Assembly (NCBI GenBank): GCA_043821645.1 | Contig: JBDRCO010000118.1 | Location: 128,001 to 192,000 of the forward strand | DNA length: 64,000 nt | Direction of reading: 5' to 3' | DNA from: Pseudomonadota bacterium | Lineage (GTDB): Bacteria; Myxococcota; JACRCW01; JAFGSX01 | In this document: in pieces, positions 1-8,975 of the stretch | How positions within the stretch are numbered: the first letter of the stretch is position 1 | How the letters are laid out: each line of letters begins with the position of its first letter | Position numbers and translations under genes: made by a program | The notes under the pieces: generated by a model | What the model was told of the DNA's origin: nothing | Databases searched by the model: none | The model's input: only the letters and a program-made list of their open reading frames with translations

Positions 1-1039
1 CACCCTGGAGGTCGAAGTGGATGTGGTGCTGGAACGCGACCACCAGCCGGCGCATGGCGCTCTTGGACAGGGTGCCCTTGCCCAGCAGCACGCGCACCGC
101 CTGCAGCACGTGTCCCTGCAACTCGCTGAGTTCCCTGTCGTCGAGGGCGCCGGCCTTGTCCAGCAGCTCGGGCTTGGTCAGGGCAAAGCCCAGATCCGAC
201 ATGATCGCCGCCATGCCCAGGTCGACCAGATCACTGCGCTCCATCCCCAGCGCGTGTCCCAGCGAGATCGCCAGCACGCAGACGTTGACCGCGTGGTTGT
301 ACTGGTAGTCCGTGGCGTCCTTGATCGCCACCAGCTTGAGCAGCAGGTTGACGCGCTCGAAGGCCATGTCGACCAGGTCCTGCACCACGCGCACCAGCTT
401 GAGCTGCATGGAGCCCCTGGCCTGGGCGTTCTCGACCACGATGTCGTCGACGAAGCGCTTCACACCGATGCTGGCCTTGGCATAGCTCTGCAGCGCGCTG
501 AGCCGGGGATCGATCTTGATCTTGAGCTCGATCTGCGCGTCCGAGTGGTCGACGAAGGCGCGCCGTCCGAGCAGCTCCACCGCCAGGTCGCGCAGATCGG
601 TCAACCGATCGCGCAGGGCGTTGGCCGCGTTTTCGCCTTCGCGGCCAGTCTCGGTGAAGGCCACCAGCAGCTCGGTCAGCGACTGGGAGTTGACGGGACG
701 CGTGAAGGTGAAGCCACCCAGGCCACGCTCATCAAACTCCTTGGCCATCTCGCGCACGCTGTCCACGCTGCTGTCCTCGATGCGAATGCGCTGGTCCGAC
801 AGGTAGACCTGATCCTCGACGAACTCCAGCTTGACCACCCCCAGCACACCGAGGACGGTATTGAGCGTGTCCTTGAGATGCTCGGTGGCGACGAGCACGC
901 TCTTGTTCTGCTTGTCGTGGATGCGCACCGTGCGCAACACCATGAACAGCTGGCTGACCAGCAGTTTGCCCAGGGACTGCACATGGCCGCGCTGTGCCTG
1001 GTCGGCAACGGTGGCACGCGGCGGGGGCGCCGGGCTCAT
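1..1039 (-). CDS. HD-GYP-like domain protein, degenerate (HD replaced by SD); runs off the left edge
   Basis: Not in ORF track (no stop in window). Hand translation from ATG 1039 (ATGA overlap with the HEAT gene stop): MSPAPPPRATVADQAQRGHVQSLGKLLVSQLFMVLRT...DYQYNHAVNVCVLAISLGHALGMERSDLVDLGMAAIMSDLG...AFQHHIHFDLQG, matching the HD-GYP layout. Confidence 0.8.
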   Translation of the reverse strand, partial: MSPAPPPRATVADQAQRGHVQSLGKLLVSQLFMVLRTVRIHDKQNKSVLVATEHLKDTLNTVLGVLGVVKLEFVEDQVYLSDQRIRIEDSSVDSVREMAKEFDERGLGGFTFTRPVNSQSLTELLVAFTETGREGENAANALRDRLTDLRDLAVELLGRRAFVDHSDAQIELKIKIDPRLSALQSYAKASIGVKRFVDDIVVENAQARGSMQLKLVRVVQDLVDMAFERVNLLLKLVAIKDATDYQYNHAVNVCVLAISLGHALGMERSDLVDLGMAAIMSDLGFALTKPELLDKAGALDDRELSELQGHVLQAVRVLLGKGTLSKSAMRRLVVAFQHHIHFDLQG

Positions 1040-2931
1040 GCTGCGCCTCCCTGACCGCCGTCGTCCTTGCCCGGCGGCGCGTCGGTGGCGCCTTTGGGCT
1101 GGCTCTTGCGCGGGGTCTCGGCCAGAGCCACGGCGCGCTGGCACACGTCCTTCACCTTGCGGTGGCGCACGCTGGTGCCGCGGCGCAGGGCGTCGACCGC
1201 GGCTGTGCCGCCGATGGCGGACAGTGCCACGGCAGCCGAGCAGCGCAGCTCTTCCTCCTCCTCGCTGATGGTCTCCATGGCCACGCGCACGCGATCCAGC
1301 AGCCCCGAGCCCTTCTGAAAGCTCCCCTGCAAGATCTGCTCGAGCACGGTCACCGCGCCCGGTCCGGCCAGGGCGCCAAAGGCCACCAGGAAGGTGCGCT
1401 GCTCCGAGCTGTCGCGCTGCAAGAAGCCCGGATCCGCGATCAACTTCTTCAGCTGATCTGCCACTCCGGGTGTGCGCCTGCTCACCAGGGTGCGCACCAC
1501 CGTGATGCGAACCGCCTGCTCGGCGTCGTCCAGGGCGAACGCCAGCTCCTCGTCGGCCTCGCCCCGCGGCGCATGCTGAAGCATGCCCAGGGCTTGCTGG
1601 CGAACTCTGGCATGCGCGTGATGACAGCCTTCTATCAGCAGCTTGTAGGCAGCGGGCTCGTTGATGCGGCTGGCCATGTACAGCAGATCTCGGTCCACGA
1701 ACCACTCGGCCTTGCCGTAGTAGCCGCGCAGTTGCTCCACCGTGGGCGGACTGATCTCGAGCATCAGGTCGCACAGCACCCGCCGGTGCTGGGGCTGCTG
1801 CACGGCGGCCATGTTGGCGAGCAGACCGGGGACCACATCGGGGCCCAGCAGGTGCATGAGCTCGGCCAGCTGCGCCGTCGAGGAGATCGCATTGTCGTTG
1901 AGCGCCACCGCGATCTGCGCCAGCCGCTGGGTCGACGAGAACAGCCTGAAAAGCTGCTTGACGATGGCCACGTTCTTGAGGTCCTGCCCGTCCGAGTACG
2001 AGGCCATCTGGCGGATGAGGCTCGCCGCGCTCTTGTAGTCGCGCTCGACCAGGATGGCGTCGTACAGCGAGACCAGCTCCTGGATCACCTGCTGCGACTC
2101 GGCCGAGGTGCGCACCTGGAACAGCACACCGAGCAAGACCTCGAAGGTCAGATCCAGCAGCGAGAAGTCTGTCTCGGCGGCCACCTCGCCCAGGAGCTTG
2201 GCCACCACCTCCTCGCCCACGTTGAAGATCGCGCGCGACGTCGAGGTGCCGATGCGCTCCGTCTCGCGCTGCCTGTCCTCGCCCAGGGTGGCCAGGGCGA
2301 CCAGGTCGTCACCGCTGATGTTGACCGCCTTGACGCTCTCCTCGGTGCCCTGGTTGCCGGAGTAGATGGCGCTGAGCAGGCGATCCAGATCCTGCCGGAT
2401 CTCCTCGCGCTGCGGGGTGCTGTCATCCTCGTCGTCATCGTCGGCAGAACTGCCCGCGTCGTAGATGTCCAGGGTGACGTAGCGAAAGTGGGGCAGGCCA
2501 GCGCGCCACAGCATGCATACCATGTCGTCGTCGAGGTCGGCCTGCACGGGCGGCTTACTCAGGATCTCGATCAACTTGTCGAGCTCGGCGCGATCCATGC
2601 CGGCCTCGAGGGTCACGCGCCGGATACCCTCGCGAAACAGCCGGAAAGGAATGCCGGTCTCGCGGTCAGGATCGACCAGCACGTCCTCGCCGAGCATGGC
2701 CAGCCTGTCCCGGCGCACGTTGAACTCGAGGTCCCCGTTCTCGGTGAAGGACTGTTCGATGTAGCGGTAAGCCGCGCTCATGAACTTCTCGAGCGCCTCG
2801 TTGTTGCGGCTGTACATCGAATAGGAACGAACCGCCTTGGCGAAGGCAGCGCAGAAGTACCTCACCAGGTCGAGGCGGGCAGGCGGCTGGCCGCTGACGA
2901 CGGGCGTGGTGCTTGCGGGGTTCTGGCTCAC
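1036..2931 (-). CDS. HEAT-repeat domain protein
   Basis: 631 aa ORF with C-terminal HEAT-like repeats (HAHARVRQQAL, ALDDAEQAVRITVV, EELRCSAAVALSAIG); GA-rich SD before the GTG. Confidence 0.8.
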   Translation of the reverse strand: MSQNPASTTPVVSGQPPARLDLVRYFCAAFAKAVRSYSMYSRNNEALEKFMSAAYRYIEQSFTENGDLEFNVRRDRLAMLGEDVLVDPDRETGIPFRLFREGIRRVTLEAGMDRAELDKLIEILSKPPVQADLDDDMVCMLWRAGLPHFRYVTLDIYDAGSSADDDDEDDSTPQREEIRQDLDRLLSAIYSGNQGTEESVKAVNISGDDLVALATLGEDRQRETERIGTSTSRAIFNVGEEVVAKLLGEVAAETDFSLLDLTFEVLLGVLFQVRTSAESQQVIQELVSLYDAILVERDYKSAASLIRQMASYSDGQDLKNVAIVKQLFRLFSSTQRLAQIAVALNDNAISSTAQLAELMHLLGPDVVPGLLANMAAVQQPQHRRVLCDLMLEISPPTVEQLRGYYGKAEWFVDRDLLYMASRINEPAAYKLLIEGCHHAHARVRQQALGMLQHAPRGEADEELAFALDDAEQAVRITVVRTLVSRRTPGVADQLKKLIADPGFLQRDSSEQRTFLVAFGALAGPGAVTVLEQILQGSFQKGSGLLDRVRVAMETISEEEEELRCSAAVALSAIGGTAAVDALRRGTSVRHRKVKDVCQRAVALAETPRKSQPKGATDAPPGKDDGGQGGAA

Positions 2932-3018
2932 CGGCCCCCTCTCGACGGAAAAAAATGGTCCGGACCCTCATCTTAGAGTCCGACCGCGGTGTCCTGTCAA
3001 CGTCCCGGGGGGCCGTTC

Positions 3019-3474
3019 TCAGGCCCGGTCACCCGGCCCGCGAGCCCGCGAACGAGGTGCAGGTCCGCGCCGGGGGCGGTGGTTCGCTTGCAGCTGGGCC
3101 ACCACCCGGTCCACGGCATGGCGGAGGTCCCGCGCCACAGCGTCAAGGGTGGCCGTCACCAGCGCAGCCCGCGCGATGACGACCATGTCCAGCCACGGCG
3201 GCCAGTCCGTCTGCTGTCGACGGAAACTCTCGCGCAGCAAGCGCTTGGCGCGATTGCGCTGCACCGCATCGCCCACCTTCTTGCTCGCGGTGATCCCCAT
3301 CCGGGGGCGCGGGTTGCGGCCCCGCATCGCCACCACGACCAGAAGATCGCCGTGCACCCTGGCCCCACGGCCCTGCACGGTCAGGTATTCGCGACGCCGA
3401 CGCAGGCGCGCGCTCTTGGGAAAGCGCCCGTCCACGACGGGACTCGAACCACAGGAGGTGTTTTCTTCGGTCAT
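3019..3474 (-). CDS. rnpA: Ribonuclease P protein component
   Basis: RFPKSARLRRRREY, RMGITASKKVGDAVQRNRAKRLLRE (RNR motif); downstream of rpmH. Alternative start GTG 3489. Confidence 0.95.
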   Translation of the reverse strand: MTEENTSCGSSPVVDGRFPKSARLRRRREYLTVQGRGARVHGDLLVVVAMRGRNPRPRMGITASKKVGDAVQRNRAKRLLRESFRRQQTDWPPWLDMVVIARAALVTATLDAVARDLRHAVDRVVAQLQANHRPRRGPAPRSRARGPGDRA

Positions 3475-3645
3475 CACGCGTCCTGCCACCGAGCCAGCAT
3501 AGCGGGATCGTCGGCCGATGGCACGGCGAGCACATTTGTGGGGCGCACAGGCGCGATCCAGCCAGAACCTGGCCAGCCACAGCGGACCCGTCGCGATGCG
3601 TGATCACGGGGCGAGGCGAGCGCCCGGGGCAAGGCAGGGTGTGAG

Positions 3646-3795
3646 CTACTTCTGGTAGATCGACGGGACCAGGCGCTTGCGGCCCTTGGCGCGACGATCC
3701 TTGAGCACCTTGCGACCACCGGGGGTGGCCATGCGGGCCCGGAAACCATGCGTACGCTTACGCTTGATGCGACTGGGTTGATAGGTCCTCTTCAT
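3646..3795 (-). CDS. rpmH: 50S ribosomal protein L34
   Basis: [42 protein letters not shown]; divergent from dnaA. Confidence 0.98.
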   Translation of the reverse strand: MKRTYQPSRIKRKRTHGFRARMATPGGRKVLKDRRAKGRKRLVPSIYQK

Positions 3796-4170
3796 GGCAC
3801 GACCCTCGATCGACTGGTGACGCTCGCGAGCACACAGCACTCGCGGAAGGCGCGCACGATTGCAAGATCACCTCGACCTTGTCAAGCCGCGTCGTACAGG
3901 CTCTGCGACCAGGGCTGGCCAGACCTCGGCCCTCCCCCGACCACGCGGAGATCGCTGGCCTCTCCGTCGACAGCATGGGATGTGGAGTTCGAAGATCAAA
4001 CTCGCGCTGGACCGATCGTGGCCCGCCTGCGCGATCGTCCTCGTCGGTGGTCCCGTGAAATTCCACGAACACGCGGCCTTACAGATGAGCTCGATTTGTT
4101 CTTGCGATCGGCTTGCGCTCTGCTAACTTGGCCGCATTGAAGAGGTCCCGACAGGTTGTGGTTTTTGCTG

Positions 4171-4190
4171 GTTAACATATTGTTATAACT
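4171..4190 (+). promoter_or_regulatory. AT-rich element; candidate extended -10 (TGtTATAAC) of the dnaA promoter
   Basis: GTTAACATATTGTTATAACT in GC-rich surroundings; contains the inverted repeat TAACA-N3-TGTTA. Confidence 0.4.
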
Positions 4191-4331
4191 AGGGAAACCG
4201 CACAAGCCAGAGACCCGACAAACGAGAGATCACAGGCGGTTGCGCAGTGCGGCACCACCCTGGAAACAGAGGTGGTGAGGGGACGCTTTCACCCCGCCGC
4301 AGGATTGCGGGCGCAGGCTGTGGATTGTTTG

Positions 4332-4340
4332 TGTGGATAA
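4332..4340 (-). promoter_or_regulatory. Consensus DnaA box upstream of dnaA
   Basis: TGTGGATAA is the reverse complement of TTATCCACA; near-box TGTGGATTG at 4319-4327. Confidence 0.8.
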
Positions 4341-4369
4341 CGAGCTTAAGACGCGAGGACGCAGCAACG

Positions 4370-5833
4370 ATGGCGCAGTCCACAGCTGTTGATATCGGCG
4401 ACAAGGCCACCCTCCGGGACACCCAGGACCCAGGCCGGGGGCGCGGCGATCCCAGCAGTGATCGCACCCTGGTCGAGTCCGGCTGCCCGCCGCGCGACGC
4501 CTGGCCACTGGCCCTCGCGCAGATACAGCAGCGCATCAACGGCCAGAGCTACAACACCTGGTTTCGCCAGCTCCATTGCACCGGCGGCGACGCGCGCTCA
4601 CTGTCCCTGGCCGTACCCAGCAAGTTTCACCTCGACTGGGTGCAGGATCACTACGCCAGCTTCATCGCCGAGAACCTGCGCGATCTGTGTGGCCACGACG
4701 TCGAGCTGCGGCTGAGCGTGGCGCCCGAGCTCATCCCCATCGTCGATGACACGCCCGAGCCTCCTGCCATGGCGGGGGTGGCGCCGACCGAGGCCGCAGC
4801 GCGCCAGCCGCACGACAGGCTCAACGCGCGCTACACCTTTGATTCCTTCGTCACCGGGCCCAGCAACCAGTTCGCCCGCGCGGCCTGCGAAGCCGTGGCC
4901 GAGAACCCGGCGCAGGCATACAACCCGCTGTTCCTCTACGGCGGCGTGGGCCTGGGCAAGACGCACCTGCTGCACGCCATTGGCCTGGGGCTGTTGCAGC
5001 GCGCCCCGGCGACCAAGATCATCTACGTCACCACCGAAGAATTCATGAACGATCTCATCGACTCGATGCGCCACGAGAAGATGGGAGCGTTCCGCGCGCG
5101 CTATCGATCGCAGTGCGATGTGCTCATGGTCGACGATATCCAGTTCTTGACGGGCAAGGAGCGCACCCAGGAAGAGTTCTTTCACACCTTCAACTTCCTG
5201 TTCGAGTCGCACCGCCAGATCGTGATCACCTCGGACAAGTTCCCGCACGAGATCCCGGGCCTCGAGGAGAGGCTGCGCACGCGCTTCCAGTGCGGCCTGA
5301 TCGCCGATATCCAGGCACCGGAGATGGAGACCCGCGTCGCCATCCTGCGCGCCAAGGCCGAGAACGACCAGATCCACCTTCCCGACGAGGTGGCGCTGTT
5401 TCTGGCCACCACCATCAAGAGCAACGTGCGCGAGCTCGAAGGCTCGTTGATCCGTCTACAGGCCTATGCCTCGCTGACCAACCAGCCCATCAGCCTCGAG
5501 ATGGCCAAGGATCGCCTCAAGGGTCTGGTGAGTTCGAGCGAGAAGGCCGTCAGTGCGGAGCAGGTGCAGAAGCTGGTGGCCAGCTACTTCAGCCTCAAGA
5601 CCTCGGACCTGCGCTCGCAGCGACGGCACCGCGCGGTCAGCCTGCCGCGGCAGATCGCCATGTACATCTGCCGCAAGCACTGCAACCTGAGCTTCCCCGA
5701 GATCGGCGAGCGTTTCGGTGGCAAGGACCACACCACGGTGATGAGTGCGGTGCGCAAGATCGAGGGCAAGCTGCCCAACGATGCCCAGATCAGCAAGGCG
5801 GTCGCGGCCATCGAGAGCTCGCTCTGGACCTAG
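4370..5833 (+). CDS. dnaA: Chromosomal replication initiator DnaA
   Basis: YNPLFLYGGVGLGKTHLL, DDIQF, NVRELEG, FGGKDHTTV; ATG 4370 chosen for its upstream GAGGA. Confidence 0.98.
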   Translation: MAQSTAVDIGDKATLRDTQDPGRGRGDPSSDRTLVESGCPPRDAWPLALAQIQQRINGQSYNTWFRQLHCTGGDARSLSLAVPSKFHLDWVQDHYASFIAENLRDLCGHDVELRLSVAPELIPIVDDTPEPPAMAGVAPTEAAARQPHDRLNARYTFDSFVTGPSNQFARAACEAVAENPAQAYNPLFLYGGVGLGKTHLLHAIGLGLLQRAPATKIIYVTTEEFMNDLIDSMRHEKMGAFRARYRSQCDVLMVDDIQFLTGKERTQEEFFHTFNFLFESHRQIVITSDKFPHEIPGLEERLRTRFQCGLIADIQAPEMETRVAILRAKAENDQIHLPDEVALFLATTIKSNVRELEGSLIRLQAYASLTNQPISLEMAKDRLKGLVSSSEKAVSAEQVQKLVASYFSLKTSDLRSQRRHRAVSLPRQIAMYICRKHCNLSFPEIGERFGGKDHTTVMSAVRKIEGKLPNDAQISKAVAAIESSLWT

Positions 5834-5994
5834 TGTCCCCCTCGCGGGACCACCACGACAGTGCCAGAGGTGAACGTGGTCTCGTTGACCCAGCACTGCG
5901 TGCTGCCAGGCCTCCTGCTGCAGCTCCCTGGGGCACGTTTTCGAGTCAGGGAACGCCTTCGCTTGTGACCCTGCAGCCCGGAGTGCTGCCAGAG

Positions 5995-6325
5995 CCTGGA
6001 TTTTAATCTTTTTTAACGATTTCAACCCTGACCACAGATCAATTCCTGTGGATAACATGTGTGGAATTTTGAACTTGGTCAGTTTTCGCGGCCATAGCTG
6101 GCGTTCTGCGGTGCCCGGAGACCTCGTCTCCACCTGTGCGCAAACAAGGTGTGGTCAACCTGGGGACTTTGTCCTACCTGAAGTCCTCCACAGCGGCGGG
6201 GGGCTCCCCCTGCACAGCTTTCGCGCCCGCACGATGTAAAATTAACCAGTCATGGCGGTGACATCGAACTCTTTCAACATTCCCACAGCACCTACTACTA
6301 CTACTGATCTTTTTATATATTAAGG
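5995..6325. other. Replication origin oriC
   Basis: dnaA-dnaN intergenic region. Perfect box TGTGGATAA 6047-6055; degenerate boxes at 6028, 6060, 6135, 6150, 6184, 6271 and 6279; CTACTACTACTA 6292-6303; AT-rich TCTTTTTATATATTAA immediately after. Confidence 0.9.
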
Positions 6326-6466
6326 ATGAAAGAAGAAGAGACAGGAGCAAAGAAAAGGCGTGATCACATACCAGGGGCAACGTGATGTCATGCATGTCTT
6401 GCCAATTGAAAGTTTGCGATACATGCATTATGCAAGCGAGCGGACCGAAGGCAGCAGAGGAAGAAA

Positions 6467-7573
6467 ATGGAACTGCGCATCAACGTCGCTGACTTCTCGC
6501 GTGGGCTGGCCAGCACCCAGGGCATCGTGCAAAAGCGAAACACCATGCCCATCCTGGCCAACGTGCTGATCGAGGCCAGCGAGGACGGCGAAGTGCAGCT
6601 CATCGCCACCGACCTCGACATCGGCATGCGCGTCACCGGCAAGGCCGAGGTGGTGCAGGCGGGTGCGGTGACCGTCAACGCGCGCGCTCTGTACGACATC
6701 GTGCGCGCCCTGCCGGCCAAGGAAGCCACGCTCAAGCGCATGGAGAACAACTACGTCGAGGTCCGGGCGGGTCGCGTGCATTACAAGATCATCGGCACCG
6801 CACCCGACGAGTTTCCGTCACTGCCCGCGCTCGAGGACGTGCAGTTCATCAAGCTCGAGGCTGCGGCGCTCAAGGAGATGGTCGACAAGACCTTTTACTC
6901 GGTGTCCACCGACGAGACCCGCTACAACCTCAACGGCGTGTTCTTCGAGCAGACCAAGGACGGCAAGCTGGCCATGGTGTCCACCGATGGGCACCGCCTG
7001 ACCCGCATCGTGCGCGGTCTCAACGTCGACATGGGCATGAAGGAGGGCGTGATCCTGCCGCGCAAGGGCCTCAACGAGCTGCGGCGCCTGGCGGACAGCG
7101 GCACCGGCACCATCGAGCTCGGTATCAAGGGCAGCCAGGCAGTGGCGCGGCACGAGTCTGTCACCGTCGTCATGCGCCTCATCGACGGCACCTTCCCGGA
7201 CTACGACCAGGTCATCCCCAAGGAGACCGAGAAAAAGGTCGTTCTCAAGCGCGAGGAGATCGTCGAGGCGCTGCGCCGCATCGCCCTGGTGTCCAGCGAC
7301 AAGTCGCACAGCGTCAAGCTCGAGCTGTTCTCGGGTAGCCTGCGCATCTCGAGTCAGAACCCCGACCTGGGCGAAGGCGAAGAAGAGATACCGGTCAGCT
7401 ACGAGGGTGGCGACATCCACATCGGTTTCAACGCGCGCTACCTCATCGAGGCCCTGGTCGCCATCAACACCGACGAGGTGCAGCTCGGTCTCAACGACGA
7501 CCTGAGCCCCGGCAAGCTCAACGGCGTCGGCGACGAGGACTACATCTGCGTCGTGATGCCGATGCGAATCTGA
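6467..7573 (+). CDS. dnaN: DNA polymerase III beta clamp
   Basis: 368 aa; KRNTMPILANVLI, STDGHRL, GTFPDY, C-terminal VVMPMRI. Confidence 0.98.
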   Translation: MELRINVADFSRGLASTQGIVQKRNTMPILANVLIEASEDGEVQLIATDLDIGMRVTGKAEVVQAGAVTVNARALYDIVRALPAKEATLKRMENNYVEVRAGRVHYKIIGTAPDEFPSLPALEDVQFIKLEAAALKEMVDKTFYSVSTDETRYNLNGVFFEQTKDGKLAMVSTDGHRLTRIVRGLNVDMGMKEGVILPRKGLNELRRLADSGTGTIELGIKGSQAVARHESVTVVMRLIDGTFPDYDQVIPKETEKKVVLKREEIVEALRRIALVSSDKSHSVKLELFSGSLRISSQNPDLGEGEEEIPVSYEGGDIHIGFNARYLIEALVAINTDEVQLGLNDDLSPGKLNGVGDEDYICVVMPMRI

Positions 7574-7960
7574 CCGTTCGGTTCGTCCTCCGGAAAAAGC
7601 GACTTTTCACTACATAAGCGCTGCGGGGCACGTGGCTCGGGGTCCTGTCACCTCGCCTCCCCCACCGTGCTCGTCCCTGCGCGCGGCGGGGGACCCCCTG
7701 CTCGGCGCCACCCCTCGCGTTCGTGGCTCGAGGTTCAGTGCTTCAGAAAACGTGAAAAAAGTTTCGCGCGGTGTTTTACGTGAAGCGAGCCGACCTGACG
7801 TTCTTTCGAGGCCTGGTGCGGTGAGGCGTCGAAAGGGCAGCAGGGACAAGAGCGTTTAGCGGTGCAAAAAACGCGTGGATAGCATCGAAAAGAAACGCCA
7901 TCAGGCGCCCGTGTCAGGTGTCAGGAACGATCGCGGTGCGGGGAGGCAGGTGCGAAGCGA

Positions 7961-8410
7961 TCAGTTCTTCTTGGCGTCAGCGCCATCACCCGGGGGCGGG
8001 GTGGCGGGCTTGGGGCTGCTGGTCAGGGTCTTGGGGGCCTGGCCGATGTTTTCCATGTGGCAGGATCCCTCGAACACCACGCCGCGATCGATGGTCAGCG
8101 ACGGCGTCGTGATGTTGCCGCGCAGCACGCCAGGCGCATGGATCTGCACCGCGCCCTTGGCGGTGACATTGCCCTCGATCTCGCCATTGAGCACCAGCGA
8201 GCCGACCTTGATCTCGGCCTTGACCTTGGCGCCATCGCCGACCACCAGCACATCGTCGGTCACGACCTCGCCGGAGAACTTGCCGTCGATGCGAACTGCA
8301 CCCTGAAAGGTCAACTTGCCGTCGAAGCTGGACTCGGGCCCGAGCACCGTGTGGGTCTGGCCGATCTGGATGTTGGGATCGCTGACGTCCTCTTTGCGCA
8401 TGATGGCCAT
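7961..8410 (-). CDS. bacM: Bactofilin (polymer-forming cytoskeletal protein), BacM-like
   Basis: HTVLGPESSFDGKLTFQGAVRIDGKFSG...GVVFEGSCHM beta-helix; AAAGGAG SD before ATG 8410; lies downstream of parB, as bacM does in Myxococcus. Confidence 0.88.
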   Translation of the reverse strand: MAIMRKEDVSDPNIQIGQTHTVLGPESSFDGKLTFQGAVRIDGKFSGEVVTDDVLVVGDGAKVKAEIKVGSLVLNGEIEGNVTAKGAVQIHAPGVLRGNITTPSLTIDRGVVFEGSCHMENIGQAPKTLTSSPKPATPPPGDGADAKKN

Positions 8411-8445
8411 GAGATGCTCCTTTGTGGCGAGAGCTACGGGTGCAG

Positions 8446-8475
8446 CATTTAGGAGAAGCAGGCCCATGGTGTCAA
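8446..8475 (-). promoter_or_regulatory. Candidate sigma70 promoter for the bactofilin gene
   Basis: Minus strand TTGACA (8475-8470)-N18-TAAATG (8451-8446). Confidence 0.45.
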
Positions 8476-8677
8476 GCGTCCACGCGCCGACGCCAGGTCC
8501 GCGCTGCGGGCGACGCGCTGGCGAAAGGCTCGCCCCCCCTTTTGCTCGGGCGGGCGCCTGTGCTAGCCTCGGGGCGTCACGCAAGAGAGAACGCTGTCGG
8601 GCAAGGCCACCGTCGCCACGGTTGGCCATCGCAGTGTGCTGGCGTCCCGGGGACGGCCAGCGCTGCCAGGGGTTGGG

Positions 8678-8902
8678 ATGTCCTCCAGCACCAAGAGTTC
8701 ACGACGCCGCAGCAGCCGCAAGAGCACCAGCTACCGCTATGACCTCCGGACCCTGGCCGAGCACGAGAAGGCGATCATCCGCGAGGCTCTCGATCGCCTC
8801 GACGGCAGCGTCTCGGACTGCGCCCGGGCCCTGGGGCTGGCCAAGTCGACCATGTACGAGAAGCTGTACGGCTATGGCTTGCGTCGTCGGAAAGAAGATT
8901 GA
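8678..8902 (+). CDS. Stand-alone Fis-family helix-turn-helix (HTH_8) protein
   Basis: 74 aa; TLAEHEKAIIREALDRLDGSVSDCARALGLAKSTMYEKL; basic Ser/Arg-rich N-terminus. Confidence 0.75.
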   Translation: MSSSTKSSRRRSSRKSTSYRYDLRTLAEHEKAIIREALDRLDGSVSDCARALGLAKSTMYEKLYGYGLRRRKED

Positions 8903-8975
8903 TGAGTTCGATTTTCGTACTGTGACGACGTAAAATACTGTCTACTTATTTCCTAAAATCGAACAACAGGACGAT

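Noticed and set aside
994-2976. Long antisense and alternate-frame ORFs (e.g. 994-2976+, 25032-27158+, 28886-31054+, 37917-40319-, 43205-45376-, 52955-55201-)
   Set aside because: Shadows of real genes caused by high-GC codon bias; no motifs, and they lie opposite well-supported CDSs.
4247-4369. Upstream extensions of ORF-track calls (dnaA, bactofilin, parB, btuD, thiL, cheC, Mo subunit, synthase, Cys-rich lipoprotein from 31535)
   Set aside because: Longest-ORF artefacts overlapping neighbours or regulatory DNA; starts were reassigned using SD sites and stop/start overlaps.
6292-6303. CTA microsatellite as a phase-variable repeat
   Set aside because: Its position between DnaA boxes and the AT cluster is better explained as DnaA-trios.
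7772-7787. parS-like TGTTTTACGTGAAGCG
   Set aside because: Three mismatches and a broken palindrome; not called without ChIP data.
7574-7960. Possible sRNA or small ORF in the dnaN-bactofilin gap
   Set aside because: No recognisable RNA family, terminator or convincing coding signal.
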